From Nitrospirales bacterium (GTDB lineage: Bacteria; Nitrospirota; Nitrospiria; Nitrospirales; UBA8639), in contig CBDBCZ010000017.1 of NCBI GenBank assembly GCA_965203295.1, positions 2,495,318 to 2,559,317 on the forward strand: 64,000 nucleotides of DNA. The letters are read 5' to 3'. The translations under genes and the position numbers were made by a program. The notes beneath the pieces are model-generated. The model was not told the DNA's origin and ran no database searches. It saw only the letters and a program-made list of their open reading frames with translations. Positions 48,401-60,800 of the stretch are shown here, in pieces. How positions within the stretch are numbered: position 1 is the first letter of the stretch; each line of letters starts with the position of its first letter.

Positions 48401-51400
48401 GCGATTCACGTTCGCCCTTTCCTAATATTTGTATGGTGGCTGAGAGTATGTCCATTTACTAACTTAATAGTTATGTACATGTACTAAGTAAGTAAAGTAT
48501 GTAGATGGATATAATTTTGGACTAGGTGAACTATCATCCGCATACGTAGCTCATTGTGGTTATGCAGCCGTGACGGTATGAGCTCATTCAGTGATGATTC
48601 TGCACAATCGTAGATGCAGGTTCTTTCGCTGTGTCGTCAGTGCTGAACGATACTCCCAATTTCTCCAACATGGCATGTACTTGTCCGGCCTGTAAGCTTA
48701 CAAATGGCAAGCCTGATGTCACTTCCTGTTCCCCTAGTGCATTTTCTATCACTGGCTCTATAGTGACGTCACCAAGGTCTTTGCATAAACTCCTGATGTG
48801 TATATCATGTGTCATACTAGGCGTCCTTTGAGTTCAGGATATAGTGCACTCAGGAATAGATGACAACATACATGTATTTCACTATCTTCAAAAGCCGCAG
48901 CTACTACTGTGGTCATTGATTCTGCATTGTAGACTAACATGGACAGGTTGTTCCACTTAACATGTACATGTTATGTTATTATAATGCAGTAGATTGCACG
49001 AGATGAGAAAATGCCAGCAGAGTGTTTAAGGGTAGCTACTGTAGTACAGTCGTACTCTGTACAAGCAGTTGTTCGCAGAATGCATTTGGTTCTGGCCAAA
49101 TTATTGACTCTGCTGGAGCAGGTACATTAATTTCAGGTGCTGTCAATGCACACACACATCCATACATGGCCTTGATAGGCGTATTTTACTGCATGCCTCT
49201 GTGGTGGATTTGGTTAGGTGGGATCTTGTTAATGTTTGCATTCATTAATATACTTCAGCTGCCAGTTACATGTACACGTACTCTGCAGCTGCGTTCGACA
49301 CATCTATTAATTGTATCACTTGTGCATACATGCATGGTATTCCATGCAAAGGGTCTCGGGAACTGCTGAGGGATATTGCGTATGTATCAAGCACATTGCT
49401 AGGCTCTGCCCAGTGCAAGCTGCTTAGCAACCATTGTCTTCCTGATCAGCCAGAATGACAGTTGTCACTGGACGTCCTGCCGCCCACTGATGCTCAATCC
49501 TTTCTTTGCTACCACTATTTTTGTATCATTGCACATGTAGCACTATTCACTGGCTATTAAAGAATGAAACTTTTGTTTCAATTTCAGTTAGCCAACTTAA
49601 TTGAAAATAGAACACTGTTAGTATTAGTTTACCATAATAAATGGGTTGATTTTGCTGAAAAAAAAACATAAGTTGTAGTTTATTCCCAGTATTTTTGAAT
49701 TCTACATTAGTTTTAGTAATTAACTAAGTCTGTTTTGGTTTAACTAGACGACCTTTGTTTTCAGTTTCAGTTAACTAAATCATCACTACTACTTACCCCT
49801 ATCCATGTGCAGAAGTAATTGCTCCACAAGCTCTTTCTCTTTATATTCAGATTGTATTCCTACAACATCGGTCATCCTAGATCACATACTGTGGCTTATT
49901 GGACTACAGTGGCTGCAGGTCAGTTTCTATTATGTTAAATACAGGTTTTGTGAATGTCTGCTCAAGAATTAACTCATTGCACGCGTCATAAATTATTAAA
50001 GTGTACTAAGCGTATTAGTGTAGCAATTGATTAACTTTTTCGCTAACCATGTCAAGGAAGTGGCAGATTCTCTGTTGTTTATTTTTTCGAACACTGTTGG
50101 CCACAGCTATTCAGCACAAAAGGGCTGCTGATTGGACCATAAAAGCCTCTTCAGGATCGATCACAAGGTTCATGATAATTTATATTTCCAATACAGCAAT
50201 ATTGAAAACGAAGTCTGTGCCCTCTAGCAGCAAAGCAGAACAGTCCAACTGACTCCCTGACTGTCTCCAGAAGCAAGATTGTCAAAGCTACCACTGGCAC
50301 TGACTCTAGTGTCCAATTAACTGTGTAATTAATTATGTAGCTTGCCATAGTTGGCGATCATTCATTGCCTGCCAATTTTGCCATGTATGAGGGGTTATTT
50401 TACGGTTACATCACTGATTAAAGGTGTGGCCAAAAGACACTGTAGCTGTAGGGAGGGGCTTTCCCTTCGCCAAAGGCCGGCACACACGAGCAAGTCCGCA
50501 AAAGCCTATAAATAGGCGTTTCGCATACACTGTAGACTAATTACGCTGTGTGTGCCTATATATATATATAATCACGCCACATGCAATCTGTTAGGTGTTT
50601 TATAACTGCTGCAATAAACATGCTTATTACATTTCTGTGCTTTTAAGTCCCTCTGCTAGAGGGAGATACAGGTTAGACTCTGTGTAGTGATTAATCTGCC
50701 TTTCTGTAGATTGATGAAAGTACACCTTCAACAGGGGACCTGGTTGCTGGTAGCAGTCTCACTCGGGAACAGTGCCAGCTAATAAGAGAGACTACCCAAC
50801 AACTCCTCAGCAGAGGTTAGCAACTTCCATCTGTTGTGTACAACATAGCACATGCACACATGTGAAAGTTTGTGGTCATTTGTATGTCATATGGAGGACA
50901 GTGTAGGAATTGTTTTACGAATTTGAAGACTCTACAAACACTGAGGCCTCAACAGAGGGCTTTATGGCAGCAGCTTGCAGCAAGCCTTTGAACACTGTTT
51001 AATTCAGTCGTGTGCGTTAAGCTGAATAATGTTCACCTTTTCAGCTTCTAGTTATTTGTATACCTCCCCATGAATTGCAACCTTGCCAAGGCCCTCTGAT
51101 GAGTCAATAGAAAAAACTACGTGTTTTGATTGTTTCCCAAATATGCCATTGTTTCTGTAGTTGAACTAATTTTTGAGCATCACCGGATGGATGTAGATAC
51201 ACTCTCAGTAAACAACTGAGATGTTAAGTAGTAGCTGATGATTGGCCGCCATGTGTGTTTGGGTGTGCTAGTGCTATACATATAACTGGAAGTGGGTGAG
51301 GCCTGCAATCAATACTACAAACTCTCACACTTTGAGTTGAAAGTTTTCACTAATTTGTGTACATTGTAACAGACATGTAGGTATGTATGTACATTTTTTC

Positions 51401-54400
51401 CACTTTGGGAATCAAACATTAAACCATGAAGGGTGGAACCATTTACCTCTAATTATTCGGTTTTTCTAATCATCTGAATGCATTACTGTGTTTGCTCTGA
51501 TTCACCTATAAATCATTTTTTAACCATTCTATGATTACACAATAGACATTGCTATAACACTTCAACCGAACGCTGCCTACTTTTGGCGCAGTGTCCACTC
51601 ATTGTGAACCCATCCATTCGCTGATTGAACCAAGTATTCAGTAGAGGCAACGAATGCTCATTGAACCACTGTCTGAGCACTGCCATTTCCTGACTAAACA
51701 TAGCTGTTCGCTGACGGAACACTGCTGTTTATCACCCAAATACAGTGTTCATGTACCCAACACAACCGTCACCAACTAAACACAGCCTTTCACCAACTGA
51801 ACACAGCTGTTTGTGAACTAAACACAGCGCTCGCTTGCTGATTGCTGCTGATCTTTTACGTAGATGTGACACATTCCATAGCAAACTGCTCTAATTTGCC
51901 CAATGCTTAGAAAATTTTATTGTATTCCAATTGACAAAAGTTGTCAAAAGGAATGTTTTTGGCTATATGGAAAAACTTCATCAAAATGAGTTGACATGTG
52001 CAACTTATTTCATCATAATTATAAATATACCCACTCCACTGTTTGATACTTGTGATACTGTGGTTCTCAAGATTATTGGTTGTGTCTTTCAATTTATTTG
52101 TTTTTGCTTCAGCCACATACAGCAAGACCTGCAGCTTAAAAGTGCTTGCAGTACTTCCTCAACACGTTGGGAAAACTCTTAAGCTCAGAGGGTTTCAGCA
52201 AGCATGTGTGAGTGCCCATCACTGATTGCCAAATTGTATATCTGAATAGCGAGAAGATTTATTTTATTTTCCCACTATTCGATATATAATTATTGAGGTC
52301 TTAAGTTCTGTGCAGTAGAATGCTTTCAGTACAAGGGCATAACTGGAAGATCTAAACAACCAAATCAAATTTCAATTAACACCGTTTCTGTGATGACATT
52401 AATTTACAATCAGTGAAAAAGCTGCTAATGGCACTATCACAACCTGGATAGCAAAACAAACTACCACATGGCTTTGTGGGATTAAAAGACTCTTTTCCTG
52501 CAATCATTGCTAGATAAGGACAACTAAACATGTCATAAATCCAAAACAAGAGCATCACTGTATAAGTGTAGAACAAAGGGCACAGTATTGGATGGTACAA
52601 TCGGGGTAACTACGTGTATGCTTTTCCCAACTACTAACTGCTCTACAGTTGAGCAAACTACTGTATAGTCATGGATTTTCCCACTAGTATTTTTACCAGC
52701 TGGCCAGTTCTTATACATACATCGTGTATATCTGGTTTATACAGTATATACGTATATGTATTTAGGAGGCATTTTCATTATGCTGTAAGCATAGTTCTTC
52801 TCATTGTCATAGGTTGATGGCTGTGACAATGTACGTGTGGCATTAGTGTCCACCATTCCTGCTGTTCTGACATCTGTAGAGAAAGAAATGACATCGACAC
52901 TGTTTGCATCTGTAATGTAAAGCTGATATGGGAAGCAGATGAGAGGAAATTCTTGTGTAGTTAGTGACTGCATGCATGGACCCTACTTAGGAGCAAGACA
53001 CGTCATCAAAATAGGAATAATCTCTCAGGAGAATAGTAATTTGACTCATATGTTTTCAAGTTTATTTTAGGTGGCCCAATTGTACTACGTATGTCTGATA
53101 CATTCCATTTATGCTCCTTGCTGAGATGGTATGCGTAATATATATTTTTCTTTCTCTCCAGTAATATGAAATAGGAAACTAGCGAACTGCAGCTGATTTT
53201 AGCCAAGGAGCTACCCAGCATTGTGTCTGCAGTGTCACGACAGGATGTGCCACGGTACTGAGGTGTAGTGCGATGTTTCAGAGCTGTAGTTTTAATTTAG
53301 AATTTAGAACGGGTGAGTTTTTAATCTCTCTCTTGCCACTTTATTGTAGTCATGTTCACTATAGGGTTGTAGGTGAGTGATTGCCTCCATAGAGCCCTAA
53401 CATTATTCAAGCAGAAACTTTATACACTCTCAAGTTATCACATTTTATTCCATAGGGACAGTGTAATTTGGCAAGTTTACGTAGACTCATAGAATATGAG
53501 ACAGTAACTGTTGATAATTTTAAAATGTGACATAAGTATTGCATAATCCTTACATTTATGTGATGCCCTTGCAGATGACTCTTCTGTGATTAGTTCCCCT
53601 TGCATAACCTTGTTCACCAATGAGTGTCAGCAAGTTCGGAATGCTATCAGGTACTACATGTACATAATCATAGCTTCACTTGACATACGTAGTATCTTTT
53701 GATCTAAGCCTGTGTATGTACTATTCTGCAAGGTAGCAGTATAACAAGAAATGGAATATTTTAATGTTAATACAAATTATATTTGTCGGATTATAAACTA
53801 TTTGTAGGTATTTATCTTTTAAATGTCAAGTGTATTATTTATAGCTGTTTTTCTTCACAGGTTCACGGAATAGCAAAAGCTCATACACTAAGCCCTGGGA
53901 AGATGCTGTCCCTGTTCAAGAACAATGTTTGTCAGGTACATTAACTTGTAGGCCTTGTCTGCTATTGGATATGACCTTAACTGGGAATCTTGGTACATGT
54001 TTTGCAGTTTCTTGTGGAGGTACTACATCAGAAGAAGGGTTTCATTTTGAAGGCAGACAAAAAAGGACCATTCTTTCAGGTGCGTGTGTAGACTTCCTCA
54101 TGTTGTGAAATGGCATGATGCACAGCGCGCGAATGGCTGGTACTAAGATTGCTTTACGTTTTCTGTCTGTTTGTTTGTTTGTTTGTCTGTTTGTGCGTTC
54201 GCACTTATCGCATGCGCCATATATTGCATCATACGTTACTATTCAACTGCAGCTTTTGGAGGTTTGCAGGCCAAGCTACAGCAAATGAAGGTAGTTTTGT
54301 GTTGCCTAGATGGCGAAAACGTGGTAGGTATCCGTAAAGATCCTGGTTTCTTGGCACATAGCTACTAACTGGAGGTGCATGATGAAACTGCTGAGTCAGC

Positions 54401-56748
54401 ACTTTCGCTGTACCACTCTAAGAATATAGTATCTCCGGCTCTACAGCTGTAGTTAAATAGCTTGGCCTAAGCTGAGTTGTGTGTATTGTACGGAAAAGGC
54501 GTCCGGCTGTTTTTTTTAGACATGAACTATCAGACTTGTTTTTGTTTTTAGAATTGGTTTAGGGCATTTTTTTTTTGTACGTGGGTTGTTATATCTGAAA
54601 TTGGAATACTACAATAAATTAATTAGCGGCAGTAATCGAACAAAACAGTGATACACACACCCCAGGTAACAAATCAATAACAAGGTTTAGCTGTCTACAA
54701 TATATTCCAAATCTGCTTTTTCTATGCTATTTGTAGTCTGTTCTATGATAATAGCCATTTTGTAAACCTTCGTAACTTCTTGACAGCATACTGAAATAAA
54801 TCTTCCTCGGTATTAAATCTTGAAAATTTACTGTTAGTGTGCTGCATCAAGTACATTTATTGAACTTATATTGACAGTGAATATAATCTCTTATCCAGAG
54901 TCCAAGATCACTACTTGTGGAGTGTTTTAAATACATCTTTTTGCATCTCGTTTGTAATGGGCAGCAAACAGACCTCAACATTGCATCCAGATTTTTGAAG
55001 GTTTTGCAGACGTGTGTACATGTATATGTGTATGTGAGTGTACGTATGTGTATAGCCTTTGATTATCAGTTATATAAATAAAACCAGAGCATATTAGTAG
55101 AGCTCAGGTATTGTAAATGTTTTGAATACAGAAAGGGAAAGTTAATTTGTAACATAGTTTGACACCCATCTTCCACTTTCAGTCTGAGGGAGACTTTGAG
55201 ATGACCACTCTGCTTCAATCAGATATGAAGAATGTCCTCAATCTTCTACTACTCCACTTGAGCACTCACAGGGAGAGAGTACTGGCTGGGATAAAGATGC
55301 TTGCAGAGATGAACCAGTTGGCTGGAGAGGAGAAGCCACTGCAAATGGACAGTGAGAAGCAGATGGTGAGTTAGGATAACATTGCATTGTCTTGACTATG
55401 CCATCAGTGGAAGTGGTGTAGGAATAGCCTCATTCCCAGGCCTCCGCACAGCTTTTATCGCTTGCAGTACAAAAAGCGTGGAAGGTCTGGAATATTTTAT
55501 CATGTGAATGACGTTGAGGGTAGAGAGAGGGTAGCTTAGAGAGACTTTAATTGAATGTGGGCGAAACTATAGCAACGTGCCCACGCAGAGCCAATTTATC
55601 AAGAAGAGTCACACTTCTGGTAGTGTGACAAACAGGTAAGTATAGAAAAGCGCTTAATAAAAGCCTGGTTGTTACTACATATATGGTACTTTGTGATAAA
55701 GTGCGCTCAAATTGCTCATTGAGGCCATCATAACAATAAGTTGTTAGAGTGTTCCAACGGTTGAAACTGAGTATTCATGATAACATTACAATCTTTTTTC
55801 CTAATTCCATGCGCGTGACGTCACATCCGTGACGGACAGGCGAACTACATATTGATGTATCTCATAACTGTGTTACCACATGCAACTCTGTATGTATTAA
55901 ACAATTATTTGGGCTGTACTTATTTAATGGCAGCTTAATTGAGCTGATGAAAGTAATGGGACCATGCATGGCTGGGATAAAGATGCTTAGTTGCCACTAT
56001 TTTCCTTTTCCAGCCTTCACCAGCAACTACAACATGTCCTAAAAGGGTCATGCCATGAGCTTTCTGATGTGAGAATGGATGCATTGAAAGCACTACACAG
56101 ACTGTTGAGATTCAATCGAGAACTGTACATACTGTTCGTGTTCATGTAAACTTTAAAACAATTCCTGCTCTGTTTATGCAGGCGGAGTTGGAGAAGTGCA
56201 TGGTAGGAAGTGACACTGTTGATACAATCATTACAGAGATTGCAACAACAGTAAGTTGATTTCGCTTCATGAAGAAGTGAAATTATGTCTATCTGACGTA
56301 GTCCATACTCAACGTTTTGTTCTTAAAATTGCTGCTTTGTCCTCAGTTTCTAAAGGTCTGCGAGGCACTAGTTTTGAGCTTCGAGAAGAGTTTGGGAGGT
56401 GTCTAGGAGAACTTGGAGCTGTTGGTCCCGAAAATTATGTGCTGGTATACCACACTTTTGTCATACAATTCTGTATGCTAAGTCAGTGCTGTACTAACTT
56501 GCAACTGTCCGAGGAGTAACATTTGTATCCAATACTGTCCTATTCTCAGAGACGTAATTTCTCTGACCATATTTAGATTAGTATTATATCACATTTATGT
56601 GGGTGGGTATGTTTTCGGATTATGTACTTGCGAGCATCCTGTTAACTACCTGCCCCTTACTTGCTTTTGCTTGTGTGCTTGCTGTACTTCCCCAGGCTGG
56701 ATATTCATTCCCATGGTGTCAACTTCGAAGACTGTGAAGTACTTTGAG
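45416..56748 (+). pseudogene. ATR: ATR unprocessed pseudogene, copy 2, truncated before the satellite
   Basis: Duplicated exons as in copy 1, plus exons absent from copy 1: SLIELMKVMGP (~55932), LHQQLQHVLKGSCHELSDVRMDALKAL (~56014), AELEKCMVGSDTVDTIITEI (56182-56250), FGRCLGELGAVGP (~56390), 56696-56748. Confidence 0.9.
46986..47574. mobile_element. pogo-like non-autonomous element (opposite orientation to the other two), nested in a DINE-like repeat, only in copy 2
   Basis: TA flanks; TIRs ccgtatagccggaaaatttggc; fragment QIGKYAADNEATKAATHFSKLL; absent at the paralogous site near 5606. Confidence 0.92.
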
Positions 56749-56903
56749 GTATACATCTTGCTTACTAGTGATTTCTATTAGCCTCGTACTCAGCTATTAA
56801 ATTTAGGCAGAAGGGCTTGATGTGAGGTTTAGCCGAGTACAGTGGTGCTGTGGAGGTCTGGGTTAGTTTGTAGTGTGGGGTGTTGTGTTTCGTGAAGTAT
56901 GTA

Positions 56904-57400
56904 CCGTAAACTACGTATTATCCGCCCATGATGTATTATCCGCCCATCCCCCTTTTTGAGTCAAAGTTACGTCGGAGGGTATTTATGTACTTAGTATCCG
57001 CCCACCCTTAAATACCATCCATGCGAGCTAAACATGCAACTAACAACTGAAAATTCCAAAACAACGAGCAGAATCAAACGACAAAACTCGATCTTCAGTG
57101 CGCTTTAATTGGAATACCGACGGTAAGTTCGTCAGCCACTTCGCTTTTTAGCGGATAATAGTAGTCTGCATGCTTCTATAATAGGTAGTTCAATACAATT
57201 TGCATTCACTGTGGGGCGGTACTTGTCTAGAAAAGCTATACTTACCTTGTATACTCGCTTTGCATACCGTGCGTTTGGAATGCGTTCGAGTGGGCGGATA
57301 CTACATCGTATTTATAAAAACTATGTATTATCCGCCCACCCCCCTCTTTCAGCTTGCACTTAAGTGGCCCGCCCATGGGCGGATAATACGTACTTTACGG
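56904..57400. mobile_element. Tc1/mariner(pogo)-type MITE with multiple tatccgccc motifs
   Basis: 27-bp TIRs ccgtaaactacgtattatccgcccatg (1 mismatch); TA on the left, TG on the right; a related fragment at ~45590-45800. Confidence 0.85.
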
Positions 57401-57404
57401 TGAT

Positions 57405-57560
57405 CGTTATGGATGAGGATGTGAGGGTGGTTGTGGGATGGTGAGTGGTGGTGATGATTGTGGATGGTGGTGTGTGTTGAAGGGTGTTGTGTAAGGGGGT
57501 GTGGTACGGTTTGTGGTGGGTGTGGTTGGAAAGATGTAGGGATGGTAGGTACGCGGTAAA
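57405..57560. repeat. G/T-rich low-complexity tract (continues left of the MITE at ~56835-56900)
   Basis: ggtggttgtgggatggtgagtggtggtg...; plus strand almost devoid of C. Confidence 0.85.
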
Positions 57561-57831
57561 TGCATCGCACTGTGATATGTGCGTAGTCTGTGCATGCCTT
57601 CTGGTGCTTGTTTTGTTGTTTTTTGGGGAAGTGTAAAGGTATGTCACGTGTACTCACATTGATGAGTGAACTAATGTCCTTGCAGTTACTGTGATCTGAG
57701 GACTGTTCAACAGCATGTGTACACTGTTCTATAAATATATGTACCAAGCAAGTCAACGTCGAAGCTTTGGAGTTATTTGTTCATGTATTGATTATTATCA
57801 CGTGCATATCAGTCTATTGGTATCACTGCAC

Positions 57832-60800
57832 ATCAATGGTAGCTAGTTACTTTGGCTCAAAGTCTTTGCTAGAGACCAACAAAACTAACGATTTTCTATA
57901 AAATACTTCTTTCCTAATCTGCAGACTAACATCAAGCCAACTAAACAAGCCTTTGAATAACAGGTTCTTTTCCTAAATAGTTGGGAAGGGTCAGATCAAT
58001 GGTAGCCAGTTACTTTGGCTGAAAGTCTTTGCCTGAGACCAACAAAACTAACAATTTTCAATATAATCCTTATTTCCTAATCTTCAGACTAACATCAACT
58101 GAACTAAACAAGCCTTTGAATAAAAAGTTCCTTTCTTGAACTTAGATACTTCCTAAGCATGTATTGTATCTGACTAACATCATTCAAACTAAACAAGCCT
58201 TTGAATAACCAGTTCGTTTCCTAAACAGTTGGGAAGGGTCAGATCAATGGTAGCTACTTACATTGGCTTAAAGTCTTTGCCAGAGACAAAAAAAATAACA
58301 ATTTTTGAGTAAAATTCTTCTTTCCTAATCTTCAGACTAACATCAACCAAACTAAACCGGCCTTTGAATAACCAGTTCCTTTCTTGAACATCGATACTTC
58401 CTAAGCATGTATTGTATCTGACTAACATCATTCAAACTAAACAAGCCTTTGAATAACAAGTTCTTTCCTAAACAGTTGGGAAGGGTCAGATCAATGGTAG
58501 CCAGTTACTTTGGCTGAAAGTCTTTGCCTTATACCAACAAAAACTAACAATTTTCAATAAAATCCTTCTTTCCTAATCTTCAGACTAACATCAACCAAAC
58601 TAAACAAGCCTTTGAATAACCAGTTCCTTTCTTGAACATCGATACTTCCTAAGCGTGTATTGTATCTGACTAACATCATTCAACCTAAACAAGCCTTTGA
58701 ATAACCAGTTCTTTTCCAAAACAGTTGTTAAGGGTCAGATCAATGGTAGCCAGTTACTTTGGCTGAAAGTCTTTGCCTGAGACCAACAAAACTAACAATT
58801 TTCAATAAAATCCTTCTTTCCTAATCTTCAGGCTAACATCAAAAAAACTAAACAGGCCTTTGAATAACCAGCTCTTTTTCAAAACAGTTGGGAAGGGTCA
58901 GATAAATGGTAGCTTGTTACTTTGGCTTAAAGTCTTTGCTAGAGACCAACAAAACTAACAATTTTAAATAAATCCTTCTTTCCTAATCTTCAGACTAACA
59001 TCAACCAAACTAAACAAGCCTTTGAATAACAAGTTCCTTTCTTGAACATCGATACTTCCTAGGCATGTATTGTATCCGACTAACATCATTTAAACTAAAC
59101 AAGCCTTTGAATAACCAGTTCTTTTCCTAAACAGTTTGGAAGGGTCAGATCAATGGTAGCTAGTTACTTTGGCTCAAAGTTTTTGCTAGAGACCAACAAA
59201 ACTAACAATTTTCTATAAAATACTTCTTTCCTAATCTGCAGACTAACATCAAGCAAATTAAACAAGCCTTTGAATAACCAGTTCCTTTCTTGAACATCGA
59301 TACTTCCTAAGCATGTATTGTATCTGACTAAGATCATTCAAAATAAACAAGCCTTTGAATAACAGGTTCTTTTCCTAAACAGTTGGGAAAGGTCAGATCA
59401 ATGGTAGCCATTTACTTTGGCTGAAAGTCTTTGCCTGAGATGAACAAAACTAACAATTTTCAATAAAATCCTTCTTTCCTAATCTTCAGACTAACATCAA
59501 CCAAACTAAACAAGCCTTTGAATAACAAGTTCCTTTCTTGAACATCGATACTTCCTAAGCGTGTATTGTATATGACTAACATCATTCAAACTAAATAAGC
59601 CTTTGAATAACCAGTTCTTTTCCAAAACAGTTGGGAAGGGTCAGATCAATGGTAGCTAGTGACTTTGGCTTAAAGTCTTTGCTAGAGACCAACAAAACTA
59701 ACAATTTTCAATAAAATCCTTCTTTCCTAATCTTCAGGCTAACGTCAACAAAACTAAACAGGCCTTTGAATAACCAGTTCTTTTTCTAAACAGTTCGGAA
59801 GGGTCAGAAAAATGGTATGGTAGCTAATTACTTTGGCTTAAAGACTTTGCTAGAGACCAACAAAATCCTTCTTTTCTAATCTTCAGACTAACATCATTCA
59901 AACTAAACAAGCTTTTGAATAACCAGCTCTTTTTCTAAACAGTTGGGAAGGGTCAGATTAAAGGTAGCTAGTAACTTTGGCTTAAAGTCTTTGCTAGAGA
60001 CCAACAAAACAAATAATTTTCATAAAAATCCTTCTTTCCTAATCTTCAGACTAACATCAACGAAACTAAACAAGCCCTTGAATAACAAGTTCCTTTCTTG
60101 AACATCGATACTTCCTAAGCGTGTATTGTATCTGACTAACATCATTCAAACTAAACAAGCCTTTGAATAACCAGTTCTTTTTCTAAACAGTTGGGAAGAG
60201 TCAGATCAATGGTAGCTAGTGACTTTGGCTTAAAGTCTTTGCCAGAGACCAACAAATCTAACAATTTTCAATGAAATCCTTCTTTCCTAATCTTCAGACT
60301 AACATCAACCAAACTAAACAAGCCTTTGAATAACCAGTTCCGGTCTTGAACATCGATACTTCCTAAGCAAGTATTGTATCCGACTAACATCATTCAAACT
60401 AAACAAGCTATAAAATCTTAAAACAATTTCTTTCCTAGACAGTTGGGAAGGGTCAGATCAATGGTAGCTAGTTGTTTTGACTGAAAGTTTCCTCAGACCA
60501 ATAAAGCTAAAATTGAACCAATTATTAGTGAAAACCCTTACTTTCTAAGCATGTATGTATTGTGTATCTGACAAACATCATTTAAACTAAACAAATGATT
60601 GAATCACAAACCAGTTCCTTTCCAAGACAGTTGGGAGGGGTCAGATCAATGGTAGCTAGATACTTTGGCTGAAAGTCTTTACCTGAGACTAACAAAACTA
60701 ACAATTTTCAATAAAATCCTCCTTTCCTAATCTTCAGACTAACATCAACAAAACTAAATAAGCCTTTGAATAACCAGTTCCTTTCTTGAACATCGATACT

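Larger units (their letters stand above)
40206..55618. repeat. Segmental duplication, copy 2
   Basis: Collinear with 1-14020, plus copy-specific extra segments (44039-44604, ~45566-46090, 46986-47574). Confidence 0.98.

Noticed and set aside
57405..57560. Telomeric repeat or His-rich ORF
   Set aside because: No regular TTAGGG-type unit; the ORFs are low-complexity artefacts.
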